Below are positions 1 through 9,817 of a stretch of DNA of 64,000 nucleotides, one piece after another. This DNA comes from Planctomycetota bacterium. GTDB lineage: Bacteria > Planctomycetota > PLA2 > JAEUHO01. Where the stretch lies: positions 1-64,000 of the forward strand of contig JBFWRP010000008.1 of NCBI GenBank assembly GCA_050248855.1. Reading direction: 5' to 3'. Position numbers and translations under genes: made by a program. The notes under the pieces are model-generated. The model saw only the letters and a list, made by a program, of their open reading frames with translations. It searched no databases and was not told where the DNA came from. Each line of letters opens with the position of its first letter. Position 1 is the first letter of the stretch.

Positions 1-176
1 TAGGCATCCTGGGGGCCCTCTCTGCGGGTCGGTTGCGCGGTCAGCAACCTCCACAGTCGGCCGGGGGAGCGGCCCCCTTCACTCCATGCCCCCTTAAGTC
101 ACCGGCATTGGTGTCTGACACCGCGCCACCGTCGCTATCGCTCCGAGGCGCAGGTTCAGACACCTCCGCGCGCCTC

Positions 177-519
177 GCGACCCCGGATGTGTCAGGACCC
201 TCGCCGCGGGGCCGCACCGTGAGGGGTGCAGGGGTGTTGGGGACTGGCACCCATGCCGCGAGGGCGGAGCCTGAGCGGACACGCCGCGCGGGAGCGCGGA
301 ACGGAAGCGAGAGCGTCGTCCCTCAGCGGGCAACGCAAGGCACATCCAAGACTTGCCCCGTTGACCGAGGCAGCAACGTGGGCGAGGTGCCTGCAATGGA
401 AGGTGCCTGAACTCCGGGCTCGTAGACGACAGCCACTCTTCCCTTGGAGGGGGTGCCGCGCGCATCGAGACGCGTACGGGCTTTGCCGTCGGCAGGAAGT
501 ACTGACACGTAGGGGGCGC
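177..519. repeat. Modular intergenic repeat bounded by imperfect inverted ends (family D)
   Basis: Left end GCGACCCCGGATGTGTCAG (177-195) and right end CTGACACGTAGGGGGCGC (502-519) match the ends at 10632-10650 and 10798-10815. Internal blocks match 10645-11190 in reverse orientation. Confidence 0.7.
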
Positions 520-603
520 GACTCGCTGGCCGGCGGACGCCGCACGCCGGTTCCGGACACCGTGCCCCCGCCGCCCCACGTCGACGTTGCTCTCCTCCTC
601 CGG

Positions 604-2754
604 ATGGGACATCTGCGTGCACATGACCTCGGGGTTACGCCCCTCGCTACGCTCTTGGCTGTGGTCGCCTGGCTCCGTTACATCCCCGTCGTCGCCGTCC
701 TGGCGCTGCTGCCCTGGCTCACGCTCCGGGACGCGGTGCGGCAGGTAGCGCCGCCACGCCAGCCGGCGCCGGCAGCGGACGCTGCGACGATCGGTCGCTT
801 CGTGGTGCTCGTGGCCGATGGGCTCGACGAGCGCCTCGTGCGCGCGCGGATGGGGGTAGGAGAGCTGCCGCACCTGGCGGCCCTGGCCCAGCGGGGAGCC
901 TTCCATCCGCTCCTCAGCGAGCTCCCTCCCGAGAGCCCCGTGGCGATGGCCAGCCTGCAGACGGGCGTCAACCCGGGCCGCCATCGCGTGTTCGACTTCA
1001 TTGCTCGTGGGGACGACGACGGTCCCGCCAACGGCATGGTGGACGTGCGCCGCGCGCGCACCGTGCTCGGCCGCGTGCTCGTGCGCCCGCCCGTCGTGCG
1101 CTCCCGCTTGTCGGCGCCGACGTTCGTGGACCGTGTCCATGCCGCGGGCTACCCGGTGCTGGCGCACCGCCAGCCGCTGGCGTGGCCCGTTGCGCAGCGA
1201 CCCGGCGCGTTCGTCACGGGGGGGCTGGGCACCCCGGATCTCGCGGCGAGCGCGGGCTTCTACGGCGTGTGGTCCTCGCGACCCGACCTGCTGCCGGGCG
1301 ACACCACGTTTGGCGGCCGCCGCTACCGCTTGCACGGTCCCGCCGACGGCCACCGCTTCACCTCCCACCTCGAAGGGCCGCCCGACCCCTCGCGAGGTCG
1401 CGACGACGACGGGACGGTCCGCGTGGCCTCGCTGCCGCTCGTCGTGGAACGGGACGTCGCGGCGCGGACCGTGCGCATCGAGCTCGCAGGCGTCGGCACG
1501 ACCGTCGAGGTCGACGCGGACGGTCGCGGACGCAGCAACTTCCTGCCCGCAGCCTTCCGACTCGGCACGCTTCCCCCCGTCACCGTGCGCGGCGTCGTGC
1601 GCTTCGAGGTCCATGGCATCGACCCGCTCGTCCTCGTCTCGGACCCGGTCAACATGGACCCGCGCGATCCCCCGCAGCCGCTGGCGAGCCCGCCGGACTA
1701 CGGCAGCGCGCTCTGGAGCGACTACGGGCCCTACGAGACCGTCGGCTGGCCCGAGCAGACCTTCCAGCTGAACGACGGCTGGCAAGACGACGACGGCTTC
1801 CTGCGTGACCTGCTGCAGGACATGGACCGCAACGAGGCCCAGCTGCTCGGCGAGCTCCGCGCGCGCGCGGCGGCGCGTCTCGTCTACGCCACGGTCACGG
1901 CCACCGACCGCGCGCTCCACGCCTTCTGGCGGGACCTGGACCCGCAGCATCCGCTGCACGATGCCGAGCAGGCGAAGCTCGACCGCGCGGGCCGCGTGCT
2001 GCGGCGCTTCGACGACATGGTCGGCCGGGTGGTGGCCGCGCTCGGGCCCGACGACAAGCTGCTGGTCGCGAGCGACCACGGCTTCACGACGTGGCGTTGG
2101 AGCCTGCACCTCAACCAATGGCTCGTGAACGAGGGCTTGCTCGTGCTGCGCCGCCCCGACGTGGCCGCGCGCAACCTGCACGGCTTCTTCGGCGACACGC
2201 GCCATGACGACGTGGACTGGTCGCAGACGAAGGCCTTCGCCATGGGCCTGGGCCAGATCTACCTCAACATCGCAGGTCGCGACGCCCGCGGCATCGTGCC
2301 GCCGGGCGAGCGGGACGCGCTGGTGGCGCGCATCCGCGAGGGCCTCATGGCCGTCGAGAACCCCCTCATCCCGCCCGGCGAGGACACGCCTCCACGCCCC
2401 GTCGTCGACGTGGTCGACCTGCACGCAACCTTCACGGGCCCGTACGCGCTGGACGCGCCCGACCTGCAAGTGCTCTTCGACCGGGCGTGGCGCGTCTCCT
2501 GGCAGACGGCGCTGCGCGGCGGCATGAGCCGCGACGGCGGCCCCCTCTTCGAGCAGAACCGCATGGCGTGGTCGGGCGACCATTGCTCGTGCGATCCGGC
2601 CGTCGTGCCCGCGGTGCTGTTCACGAGCTGGGCCGTGCCGGCCGCCGCAGCCGGCCGCCCCTGGCACGTTCGCGACGTGGCGGCCACGGCGCTCGCACAC
2701 TTCGGCCTGCCCACGGACGACCTCGACGGGCAGCCCCTACCCGGCGTGCGCTGA
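604..2754 (+). CDS. Alkaline phosphatase superfamily protein (type I phosphodiesterase/nucleotide pyrophosphatase-like) with N-terminal hydrophobic segments
   Basis: Motifs VVLVADGLD, PPESPVAMASL-TG-NPG-H, ASDHGF and WSGDH. The ORF-track start at 226 runs through a repeat, so ATG 604 was chosen (uncertain). Confidence 0.8.
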   Translation: MGHLRAHDLGVTPLATLLAVVAWLRYIPVVAVLALLPWLTLRDAVRQVAPPRQPAPAADAATIGRFVVLVADGLDERLVRARMGVGELPHLAALAQRGAFHPLLSELPPESPVAMASLQTGVNPGRHRVFDFIARGDDDGPANGMVDVRRARTVLGRVLVRPPVVRSRLSAPTFVDRVHAAGYPVLAHRQPLAWPVAQRPGAFVTGGLGTPDLAASAGFYGVWSSRPDLLPGDTTFGGRRYRLHGPADGHRFTSHLEGPPDPSRGRDDDGTVRVASLPLVVERDVAARTVRIELAGVGTTVEVDADGRGRSNFLPAAFRLGTLPPVTVRGVVRFEVHGIDPLVLVSDPVNMDPRDPPQPLASPPDYGSALWSDYGPYETVGWPEQTFQLNDGWQDDDGFLRDLLQDMDRNEAQLLGELRARAAARLVYATVTATDRALHAFWRDLDPQHPLHDAEQAKLDRAGRVLRRFDDMVGRVVAALGPDDKLLVASDHGFTTWRWSLHLNQWLVNEGLLVLRRPDVAARNLHGFFGDTRHDDVDWSQTKAFAMGLGQIYLNIAGRDARGIVPPGERDALVARIREGLMAVENPLIPPGEDTPPRPVVDVVDLHATFTGPYALDAPDLQVLFDRAWRVSWQTALRGGMSRDGGPLFEQNRMAWSGDHCSCDPAVVPAVLFTSWAVPAAAAGRPWHVRDVAATALAHFGLPTDDLDGQPLPGVR

Positions 2755-2785
2755 CGCGCGGAGGAGCCTGGCACCGGCCGCCGCG

Positions 2786-3664
2786 CTACTCGGCGTCGCT
2801 CTCCTCGAGCTCCCGCAGCTGCTGGTAGAGCGCGCGTTGCTCCTCGGTCGGCTTCGCCGGCACGTCGAGCAGCACGCGGGCGAGGAGGTCGCCCGTCCGG
2901 ATGCCCTGGCCCTTCAAGCGGAGCAGGCGACCGCTGCTGGTCCCGGCCGGGATCTTGACGGAGGCCGTGCCGTCCAGCGTCTTCACGTCGGCGCGGCCAC
3001 CCAAGGCCGCCAGCCACGCCGGCACGTGCACGTCCACGTGGACGTCGTCCCCGACACGTCGGAAGTCCGGGTGCGTCGGCACCACGATGGTCAGCATGAG
3101 GTCGCCGGGCTGCCCGCCCTCCACGCCGGCACCACCGAGCCCGCCCAGGCGCAGCACGTCGCCGTCCTCGGCGCCCGCCGGGATCGTGAGCGTCACGCGC
3201 TTGACCTCGCCTTCGGGATGCGAGAGCGACGGCACGCGCAAGGAGACCTCGGTCTTGCCGCCGCGCGCGGCCGTCACGAAGTCCACGCGCAGCTCGGCCT
3301 GCATGTCGCGGCCGCGGCGCCTCAGGCGACCCGCGTGGAAGGGGACGCCGAAGCCCCCGAACAGGTCCCCGTGCCGCTGGAGGATGTCCTCGATGCTGAA
3401 GCCGCCCGCCCCGCCGAAGAGGTCGCCGAAGTCGACGGGGCCGTAGCCGCCCTTGCGGCGGCGGTCGTACTCGGCGCGGCGCTTGTCGTCGCTCAAGACC
3501 TCGTAGGCCTGCGTGAGCTCCTTGAAGCGTTCCTCGGCCTGGGCATTGCCCGGGTTCTTGTCGGGGTGGTAGCGGATGGCCAACCGCCGGTACGCGCTCC
3601 GGATCTGCTCCGTCGTCGCGTCTTCTTCGACACCCAGCGCTTCGTAGAGGCTCTTCTCGGCCAC
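2786..3664 (-). CDS. DnaJ class B co-chaperone (CbpA-like, no zinc finger)
   Basis: J domain with YHPDKN, G/F-rich linker, DnaJ C-terminal domain (PGDL, IPAG). GTG start preceded by GAGGAG. Confidence 0.9.
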   Translation of the reverse strand: MAEKSLYEALGVEEDATTEQIRSAYRRLAIRYHPDKNPGNAQAEERFKELTQAYEVLSDDKRRAEYDRRRKGGYGPVDFGDLFGGAGGFSIEDILQRHGDLFGGFGVPFHAGRLRRRGRDMQAELRVDFVTAARGGKTEVSLRVPSLSHPEGEVKRVTLTIPAGAEDGDVLRLGGLGGAGVEGGQPGDLMLTIVVPTHPDFRRVGDDVHVDVHVPAWLAALGGRADVKTLDGTASVKIPAGTSSGRLLRLKGQGIRTGDLLARVLLDVPAKPTEEQRALYQQLRELEESDAE

Positions 3665-3707
3665 CGTCGGCTCCTCGCAACCGGGTGCTATCGAACACAC
3701 CGCGCGA

Positions 3708-3791
3708 GTACGGTGCCAGAGCAATTCCTACCGCCCAAGTCCGCGCCGCAGGCGCGAGCCTTGGGCGGTAGGAATTGCTCTGGCACCGTAT
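3708..3791. repeat. 84-bp palindromic element, family B
   Basis: Perfect 31-bp inverted arms (TACGGTGCCAGAGCAATTCCTACCGCCCAAG) with a 20-nt spacer; related copy at 15289-15371. Confidence 0.9.
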
Positions 3792-6192
3792 GGCCGTGAG
3801 CGAACACCCGGCGGCCGACCCCGAGACTCCGGCCCCGCCGACGCTGGACGTCGCGGTCCGGGGCATGCACTGCGCTGCCTGTGCCGCGTCCGTGGCGCGT
3901 GCCCTGGAGAGCGTCGCGGGCACGGAGCGGGCCGACGTGAGCTTCGCGACAGCGCGCGCGCGCGTGCGGGGCTCGGCGACGCTGCCTGCGCTGCGCGCCG
4001 CGCTCCGCCGCGCCGGCTACGACGTGGCGACGCGCACGCTCGACGTGCCCGCCGACATGGAGACCGACCTGCGCGAGCTGCCGTGGGTGCTCGGCACGAG
4101 CCCGGCCGGGGAGGGCCGCGTCCAGGTGGAAGTCGCGGACCTCCCCGAGGCCCTGGAGGCGGTGCGCGCGCGCCTGCCCGAGGACGAGGCCGCCTTCCGC
4201 TCGACCGGCGACGTTCCGGCCTGGAAGCGCGAGCTCGCCGGCGCGCGAGCGCGGGCCCTGCTCGCCGTGCCGCTCGCCTGGCTCGCGATGGGCGCACCGC
4301 CCTGGACGCTTCCCGGCCACGGCCTCGTGGCGTTGACCGCCTCGGTCGTGCTGGTGCTTGGCGTCGGCTGCGGCTTCCACCTCCGCGCCTTCGCCGCCGC
4401 GCGGCGCGGGCGCGCCGACATGGACACGCTCGTGTCGGTGGGCACGCTGGTCGCACTCGGCGCCGGCCTCGTGGCGCACCTCCGGGGCGTGCATGGCGAC
4501 CAGCTGCACGCGGCTGCGATGATCACCGCCCTCGTGCTGGTCGGTCGCTGGCTCGAGGCCAGGACGCGGCGTGAGCTGGGCGACGCCGTCGAGGGCCTGG
4601 CGCGCTTGGAGCCCGATCGCGCGGAGCTGCTGCGGGAGGGCGCTGCGGAGAGCGTTGCCGTCCATCGCCTGATGCCGGGTGACCTCGTGCGCGTACGCCC
4701 CGGAACGCGCGTGCCGGCCGACGGCGTCGTGCGCGTGGGCACCAGCGACTTGGACACGAGCGCCCTCACGGGCGAGAGCGTGCCGCGTGAGGTGGGCCCT
4801 GGCGACGAGGTGCTGGCCGGCAGCCGGGCCGGGCGCGGCGCACTCGAGATCGAGATCCTGCGTGCGGCCGAAGACAGCGTGCTGCGTCGCATGCGGGCGT
4901 GGGTGCGCGAGGCCGAGTCGCGGCCCGCGGCCGTGGCGCGTCTCGCGGACCGCGTGGCCGGTGTGTTCGTGCCGATCGTGTTGGGCCTGGCGGCGCTCAC
5001 GTTCTGCGGTTGGTGGGCGCTCGGCGACGCGGACGGAGCGGCGAAGGGGCTCGTGGCCGCCGTGGCCGTCCTCGTCGTGGCGTGTCCGTGCGCGCTCGGG
5101 CTCGCGACGCCGACGGCCATCACGGCGGGCGTGGGGCGCGCCGCCCGCCTCGGCGTCCTCTTGCGCGGTGGCGACGTGCTCGAACACCTCGCCGAGGTGC
5201 AGCAGGTCGTGTTCGACAAGACGGGCACGCTCACGGAGGGACGCCCGCGCGTGGTGGGCTGGGCGCCCTGGGCGCGGGGCGGGGCTCCGGGCGCGTGGCA
5301 GGAGGGTGCCCCCCAGGGCCAGGACCTCGACGCACGCTCGGCACGCGCGCTGGCCGCGGCCGCGGCCGTCGAGGCGGCGGCGAGCCACCCGTTGGCCGAA
5401 GCGGTCCTGCAAGCGGCCAAGGCCGCGGGCCTCGAGATCCCGGCGGTGGAGCAGGCGACGACCACCCCGGGCGTGGGAGCGGAGGGACGTGTCGCGTCGG
5501 CCCGCGTGCGCGTGGGCAGCCTTGCGGCGCTTGCCCCGGAGGCACCGCCGCCGTGGCTGGCCGAGGCGGATGCCAAGGGGCGCGGCATCGTCGTCGTGGA
5601 GATGGACCGCAAGCCAGCGCTCGCGCTGGCCTGGCAGGACGCGCCCCGGCCGTCCGCGCACGGGGCCGTCGAGGCCGTCCGTGCGCGCGGCTACCGCGTG
5701 GTGCTGCTCTCGGGCGATCGGGAGGCGTCGGCCCGCGCGGCCGCCAACGCGCTTGGCATCGACGAGGTCGAGGCCCCCGTGCTGCCCACGGCCAAGGCCG
5801 AGCGCGTCCGTGCCTTGCAGCAGGTCGCCGGCCCGGTGCTCATGGTCGGCGACGGCATCAACGACGCACCGGCCCTGGGCGAAGCAGCGGTGGGCTTGGC
5901 CGTGGCGGGCGCCACCGACGTTGCAGCGGCCGCGGCCGACGCCGCGCTCGTCGACGCGGACCTCGGCCGCCTCCCCGAGCTGCTCGACCTCGCCCAGGCG
6001 ACGCGGCGGGTGATCCTGCAGAACCTCGCACTGGCCTTCGGCTACAACGCGGCCATGCTTCCGTTGGCCGCGCTCGGCCAGGTCCCCCCGCGGATCGCCG
6101 CCGGGGCCATGGCCCTCTCCAGCCTCTCCGTCGTGGGCAACGCCCTGCGTCTCGGTCGGGGCGGTCGGCGTGGCCGCGGGACGCGAGCATGA
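3790..6192 (+). CDS. copA: Heavy-metal (Cu+-type) P1B ATPase
   Basis: N-terminal GMHCAAC HMA motif, TGES, ACPCALGLATP, DKTGT, GDGINDAP, YN and M-xx-SS transmembrane motifs. Start at ATG 3790 or GTG 3796. Confidence 0.9.
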   Translation: MAVSEHPAADPETPAPPTLDVAVRGMHCAACAASVARALESVAGTERADVSFATARARVRGSATLPALRAALRRAGYDVATRTLDVPADMETDLRELPWVLGTSPAGEGRVQVEVADLPEALEAVRARLPEDEAAFRSTGDVPAWKRELAGARARALLAVPLAWLAMGAPPWTLPGHGLVALTASVVLVLGVGCGFHLRAFAAARRGRADMDTLVSVGTLVALGAGLVAHLRGVHGDQLHAAAMITALVLVGRWLEARTRRELGDAVEGLARLEPDRAELLREGAAESVAVHRLMPGDLVRVRPGTRVPADGVVRVGTSDLDTSALTGESVPREVGPGDEVLAGSRAGRGALEIEILRAAEDSVLRRMRAWVREAESRPAAVARLADRVAGVFVPIVLGLAALTFCGWWALGDADGAAKGLVAAVAVLVVACPCALGLATPTAITAGVGRAARLGVLLRGGDVLEHLAEVQQVVFDKTGTLTEGRPRVVGWAPWARGGAPGAWQEGAPQGQDLDARSARALAAAAAVEAAASHPLAEAVLQAAKAAGLEIPAVEQATTTPGVGAEGRVASARVRVGSLAALAPEAPPPWLAEADAKGRGIVVVEMDRKPALALAWQDAPRPSAHGAVEAVRARGYRVVLLSGDREASARAAANALGIDEVEAPVLPTAKAERVRALQQVAGPVLMVGDGINDAPALGEAAVGLAVAGATDVAAAAADAALVDADLGRLPELLDLAQATRRVILQNLALAFGYNAAMLPLAALGQVPPRIAAGAMALSSLSVVGNALRLGRGGRRGRGTRA

Positions 6193-7004
6193 CGGTTTCC
6201 ACCACCTTGCCCGCGATTGCCGACGTGGCGCCGATGCAGCCGCCGGTGGTCGTGGTGGGGGACGTGCACCTGGGCCCGGGCTCGCCCGACGTGACGAGCG
6301 CGTTCCTGGTCTTCCTCGAAGGCCTCGTCGGGCGCGTGCGCCACTTGGTGCTCCTCGGCGACCTCTTCGACGCGTGGGTGGGCGACGACCAGCGCGACGA
6401 GCCGGCCGTCGCCTCGGTGCTGGACGCGCTCGCGCGCGTGGTCGCCGGGGGCGCGCGCGTGGCCTTCCAAGCCGGCAACCGCGACTTCCTGTTCCGGGCC
6501 GGCCCGGACCTGCGGCTCGAGCACTGGCCGGACGTGGTCCGAACCCGGTGGGGTGAGCGCACGGTCGTGCTCACGCACGGCGACCTGCTCTGCACGGCCG
6601 ACCTCGGCTACCAGCGTCTGCGGCGCGTCGTGCGCAGCCGCGGCTTCGGCCACGCGGCGCGGCTCACGCCGGGCTGGGTCCGTCGAGGGGTGGGCAAGGC
6701 GCTGCGCGGTGCCAGCCGGCGCACGGCACGCCGGGCCCCGCGCGGCGTCCTCGCCCTGGACTACGCGGAGGCCCGCCGTTGGCTCGAGGGCTTCGACGCC
6801 GACCTGCTGGTGGCCGGACACGTCCACACGGGCGTCCATCACCGCCTGCTGGCCGCGCGCGGCGGGGAGGTCATCGTGCTGCGGGACTGGGACCGCGGGG
6901 CGAACGCGATCTGCTACGACGACCGCGGCGTCCGGCTGGTGGGCTTCCAGGTCGGACGGCCGCTCGACCTCACGGTCGGCGGCGCGGCGCGCGGCGACGG
7001 GTAG
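6189..7004 (+). CDS. lpxH: UDP-2,3-diacylglucosamine diphosphatase
   Basis: Calcineurin-like motifs GDVH, LGDLFDAW-GDD, GNRDF, HGD and GHVH; ATGA overlap with copA. Confidence 0.85.
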   Translation: MTVSTTLPAIADVAPMQPPVVVVGDVHLGPGSPDVTSAFLVFLEGLVGRVRHLVLLGDLFDAWVGDDQRDEPAVASVLDALARVVAGGARVAFQAGNRDFLFRAGPDLRLEHWPDVVRTRWGERTVVLTHGDLLCTADLGYQRLRRVVRSRGFGHAARLTPGWVRRGVGKALRGASRRTARRAPRGVLALDYAEARRWLEGFDADLLVAGHVHTGVHHRLLAARGGEVIVLRDWDRGANAICYDDRGVRLVGFQVGRPLDLTVGGAARGDG

Positions 7005-7013
7005 CATCGGCAC

Positions 7014-8516
7014 GTGGTGCGCCGTCGTCCGTTCCATCCGCCCTTCGCGCTCGTCCTCGGCCTCCTGCTCGGAGGGCTCGCCCTCGTAGCAGCGCCTGCC
7101 CCGGGCGTCGTCCTGGCTCGCGAGGGCCCCACGGGCCTCGGCAACGCGATCAAGGCGCGCCTGCGCAAGGCTGCGGTGCCCGAGCGCGGCGTGGGCATCG
7201 TCTGGGCGGGCCGGGGTCACGACAGTCGCTGGCTGCAGGAAGACGGTGCGGATCGCCGCCTGATCCCGGCGAGCGCCGCGAAGATCTTCACCGCGGCTGC
7301 GATCCTCGATCTGCTCGGTCCCGGCGCGCAGGTGCTCACGACGCTGGACGCGCGCGGACGGATCGAGGGCGGCGTCTTGCAGGGCGACCTCGTCGTCCAC
7401 GGCGGTGGTGACCCCTCCCTGGGGGACGAGCCCTTCCAGACGTCGCCCCTCGAAGTCCCGGACCGTTTCGCCGCGCAGGTCGCCGCCAAGGGGATCCGCC
7501 GCGTGACCGGCGCCGTCGTCGTCGACGACTTGCTGTTCGACGACGACACGCGCCACGCCACCTGGACCGCGGAGGACCGGCAGGCGGCGTACGGCGCGGG
7601 CATCGCCGCGCTCACGCTGCGCCGGGGCTGCTGTCACGTGCTCGCCAAGGGTGCGGACCGCGTGGGGGCGCCCGCCCAGCTGGCCGCGAGCACGGGGTGG
7701 GGCGGCGCGCAGGTGGACAACCAGGTGCGCACCAGCGCGAGCGGGCGGCCCGCGCTCGGCGCGCGGTTCGACGGCAACCGGCTCGTGCTGACGGGCGAGG
7801 TGCCTCGGGGGCAGAGCGGCGCCGTCGAGGTGCCGGTTCCGGAGCCCGCCCTGCTCTTCGCGCACGCCTTCGCCGAACGCCTGCGGGCCCACGGGGTCAC
7901 GGTGGACGCCGCGCCGCGGCGTGCGCGCTCCGCCGAGGACGCGGCGCCGGGCCGCACGGTGGCCGTGCATGCGGCGCCGCTCGCCCCGCTGCTCGAGCAC
8001 ATGCTCGTCGAGAGCGACAACGTGTACGCCTCCACGCTCTTCAAGCTGGCCGGGGCCGTGGTGACGGGGCGCGGGAGCTGGGCCAGCGGCGAGGTCGCCG
8101 TCGCCCGCATGCTCGAGCGGCGCGGCGTGGAACGCCCCGACGCGAGCGGTGCCTTTCCGACGCGCATCCTCGATGGCAGCGGCCTTTCCCCGGCCAACCG
8201 CACGACGGCCCAGGCGCTCGTCGACGTGCTGCTCTCGTTCGACCGCGACCTCGTGCGCGGTCCCCTACTGCGCCGGGCGCTGGCCACCAGTGCCGCCGAG
8301 GGCACGATGCGCAAGCGCTTGCGCGACGGCTCCTGGGCCGGCCGCGTGCACGCCAAGACGGGCACGCTCAACGACGTCCGCGTGCGGGCGCTCGCGGGCT
8401 ACGTCGACGCCACGGACGGCCGCGATGGGCGCGTCTTCGCGATCTTGCTCAACGGCGGCGTGGCCACGCACGGCGTCATCGACGACGTGGTGCGGCTGCT
8501 GGCCGCCACACCGTGA
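7014..8516 (+). CDS. dacB: D-Ala-D-Ala carboxypeptidase/endopeptidase PBP4 (peptidase S13)
   Basis: Signal peptide, PASAAK (SxxK), GGGDPSL, SDN, DGSGLS and AKTGTL. Confidence 0.92.
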   Translation: MVRRRPFHPPFALVLGLLLGGLALVAAPAPGVVLAREGPTGLGNAIKARLRKAAVPERGVGIVWAGRGHDSRWLQEDGADRRLIPASAAKIFTAAAILDLLGPGAQVLTTLDARGRIEGGVLQGDLVVHGGGDPSLGDEPFQTSPLEVPDRFAAQVAAKGIRRVTGAVVVDDLLFDDDTRHATWTAEDRQAAYGAGIAALTLRRGCCHVLAKGADRVGAPAQLAASTGWGGAQVDNQVRTSASGRPALGARFDGNRLVLTGEVPRGQSGAVEVPVPEPALLFAHAFAERLRAHGVTVDAAPRRARSAEDAAPGRTVAVHAAPLAPLLEHMLVESDNVYASTLFKLAGAVVTGRGSWASGEVAVARMLERRGVERPDASGAFPTRILDGSGLSPANRTTAQALVDVLLSFDRDLVRGPLLRRALATSAAEGTMRKRLRDGSWAGRVHAKTGTLNDVRVRALAGYVDATDGRDGRVFAILLNGGVATHGVIDDVVRLLAATP

Positions 8517-9817
8517 ACCAGGCGGCTCCGCTCGCCGATCGCTTGCGTCCCCGCACGGCCGACGAGGTCGTGGGGCAAGGCGCGCTGCTGGGACCCGGCA
8601 CCTTGTTGGGCGCGGCACTCGCTACGGGCGAGGTGCCGAGCCTCGTGCTGCACGGCCCGCCGGGCTGCGGCAAGACCACGCTCGGCCGCTTGCTCGCCGA
8701 TGCCAGCGGCCGCCCCTTCGAGGCGTTGAGCGCCGTCACGTCGGGCGTGAAGGACGTTCGGGAGGTGATCGCCCGGGCGCGCAAGGCGCCCGGCGGGCGC
8801 GGCGTGCTGCTGTTCGTGGACGAGATCCACCGCTTCAACCGCAGCCAGCAGGACGCCTTCCTGCCGCACATCGAAGACGGCACGATCGTGCTGGTCGGCG
8901 CCACCACGGAGAACCCGGGCTTCGCCCTGCGCGCGGCGCTGCTCTCCCGCCTGCGCGTCGTCACGCTCGCGCCGCTGGCGGCCGGGGACCTGGAGGCGCT
9001 GCTCGATCGTGCGCTGACGGACGCGGAGCGCGGTCTGGCGGGCCGCGCGATCTTGGCGCCGGCTGCGCGCGAGCTCCTGGTCGAGACCTCGGGGGGTGAT
9101 GCGCGTCGCCTGCTCAACGTGCTCGAGAGCGCGTGCGCGCTGGCGGCGGCCGAGGACCGCGCCGTCGTCGTGGCCGGCGACGTGGCCGAGGCCTCGCAGC
9201 GCCGCGTTCGTGCCCACGACAAGGCTGGCGACGATCGCTACGACCTCCTGAGCGCCTTCCACAAGGCACTGCGCGGCAGCGACGTCGACGCGGCGCTGTT
9301 CTGGATGGCGCGGCTGTTGGCGGCGGGCGAGGACCCGCGCGTGCCGGCGCGACGGTTGATCGCCATGGCGTCGGAGGACATCGGGCTCGCCGACCCGGCA
9401 GCGCTCCGCCTCGCCCTCGATGCCGCCGACGCGCTGGACCGCCTCGGCCAGCCCGAAGGCGAGCTGGCGCTTGCGCACGCCGTGATCTACGCGGCGCTGG
9501 CCCCGAAGAGCGACAGCGTCGTGAAGGCGCTGGGGGCCGCCCGCGAGGCGGCCGAGACCCACGCCGACGCCTCGGTGCCGCTGCACGTGCGCAACGCGCC
9601 GACGGGGTGGGCGAAGGCCGAGGGCCACGGCGCGGGCTACCGCTACCCGCACACCGACGCGAAGGCCGGCGAGGGGCAGGCCTACCTTCCGGCGCCGCTT
9701 GCCGACCTCGTCCTGTACCGTGCGCGGCCCATCGGCGAGGAGCGCGAGGTGGAGCGGCGCTGGCGGTTCTGGCGCAAGCACCTCGGGCGGCCCGTGGACG
9801 AGGAGGGCGCGCGGTGA
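8513..9817 (+). CDS. rarA: Replication-associated recombination protein A (MgsA/RarA AAA+ ATPase)
   Basis: PLADRLRP, GPPGCGKTT, LFVDEIHRFNRSQQD, GATTENP, SAFHKALRGSD and ASEDIG. Confidence 0.95.
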   Translation: MNQAAPLADRLRPRTADEVVGQGALLGPGTLLGAALATGEVPSLVLHGPPGCGKTTLGRLLADASGRPFEALSAVTSGVKDVREVIARARKAPGGRGVLLFVDEIHRFNRSQQDAFLPHIEDGTIVLVGATTENPGFALRAALLSRLRVVTLAPLAAGDLEALLDRALTDAERGLAGRAILAPAARELLVETSGGDARRLLNVLESACALAAAEDRAVVVAGDVAEASQRRVRAHDKAGDDRYDLLSAFHKALRGSDVDAALFWMARLLAAGEDPRVPARRLIAMASEDIGLADPAALRLALDAADALDRLGQPEGELALAHAVIYAALAPKSDSVVKALGAAREAAETHADASVPLHVRNAPTGWAKAEGHGAGYRYPHTDAKAGEGQAYLPAPLADLVLYRARPIGEEREVERRWRFWRKHLGRPVDEEGAR

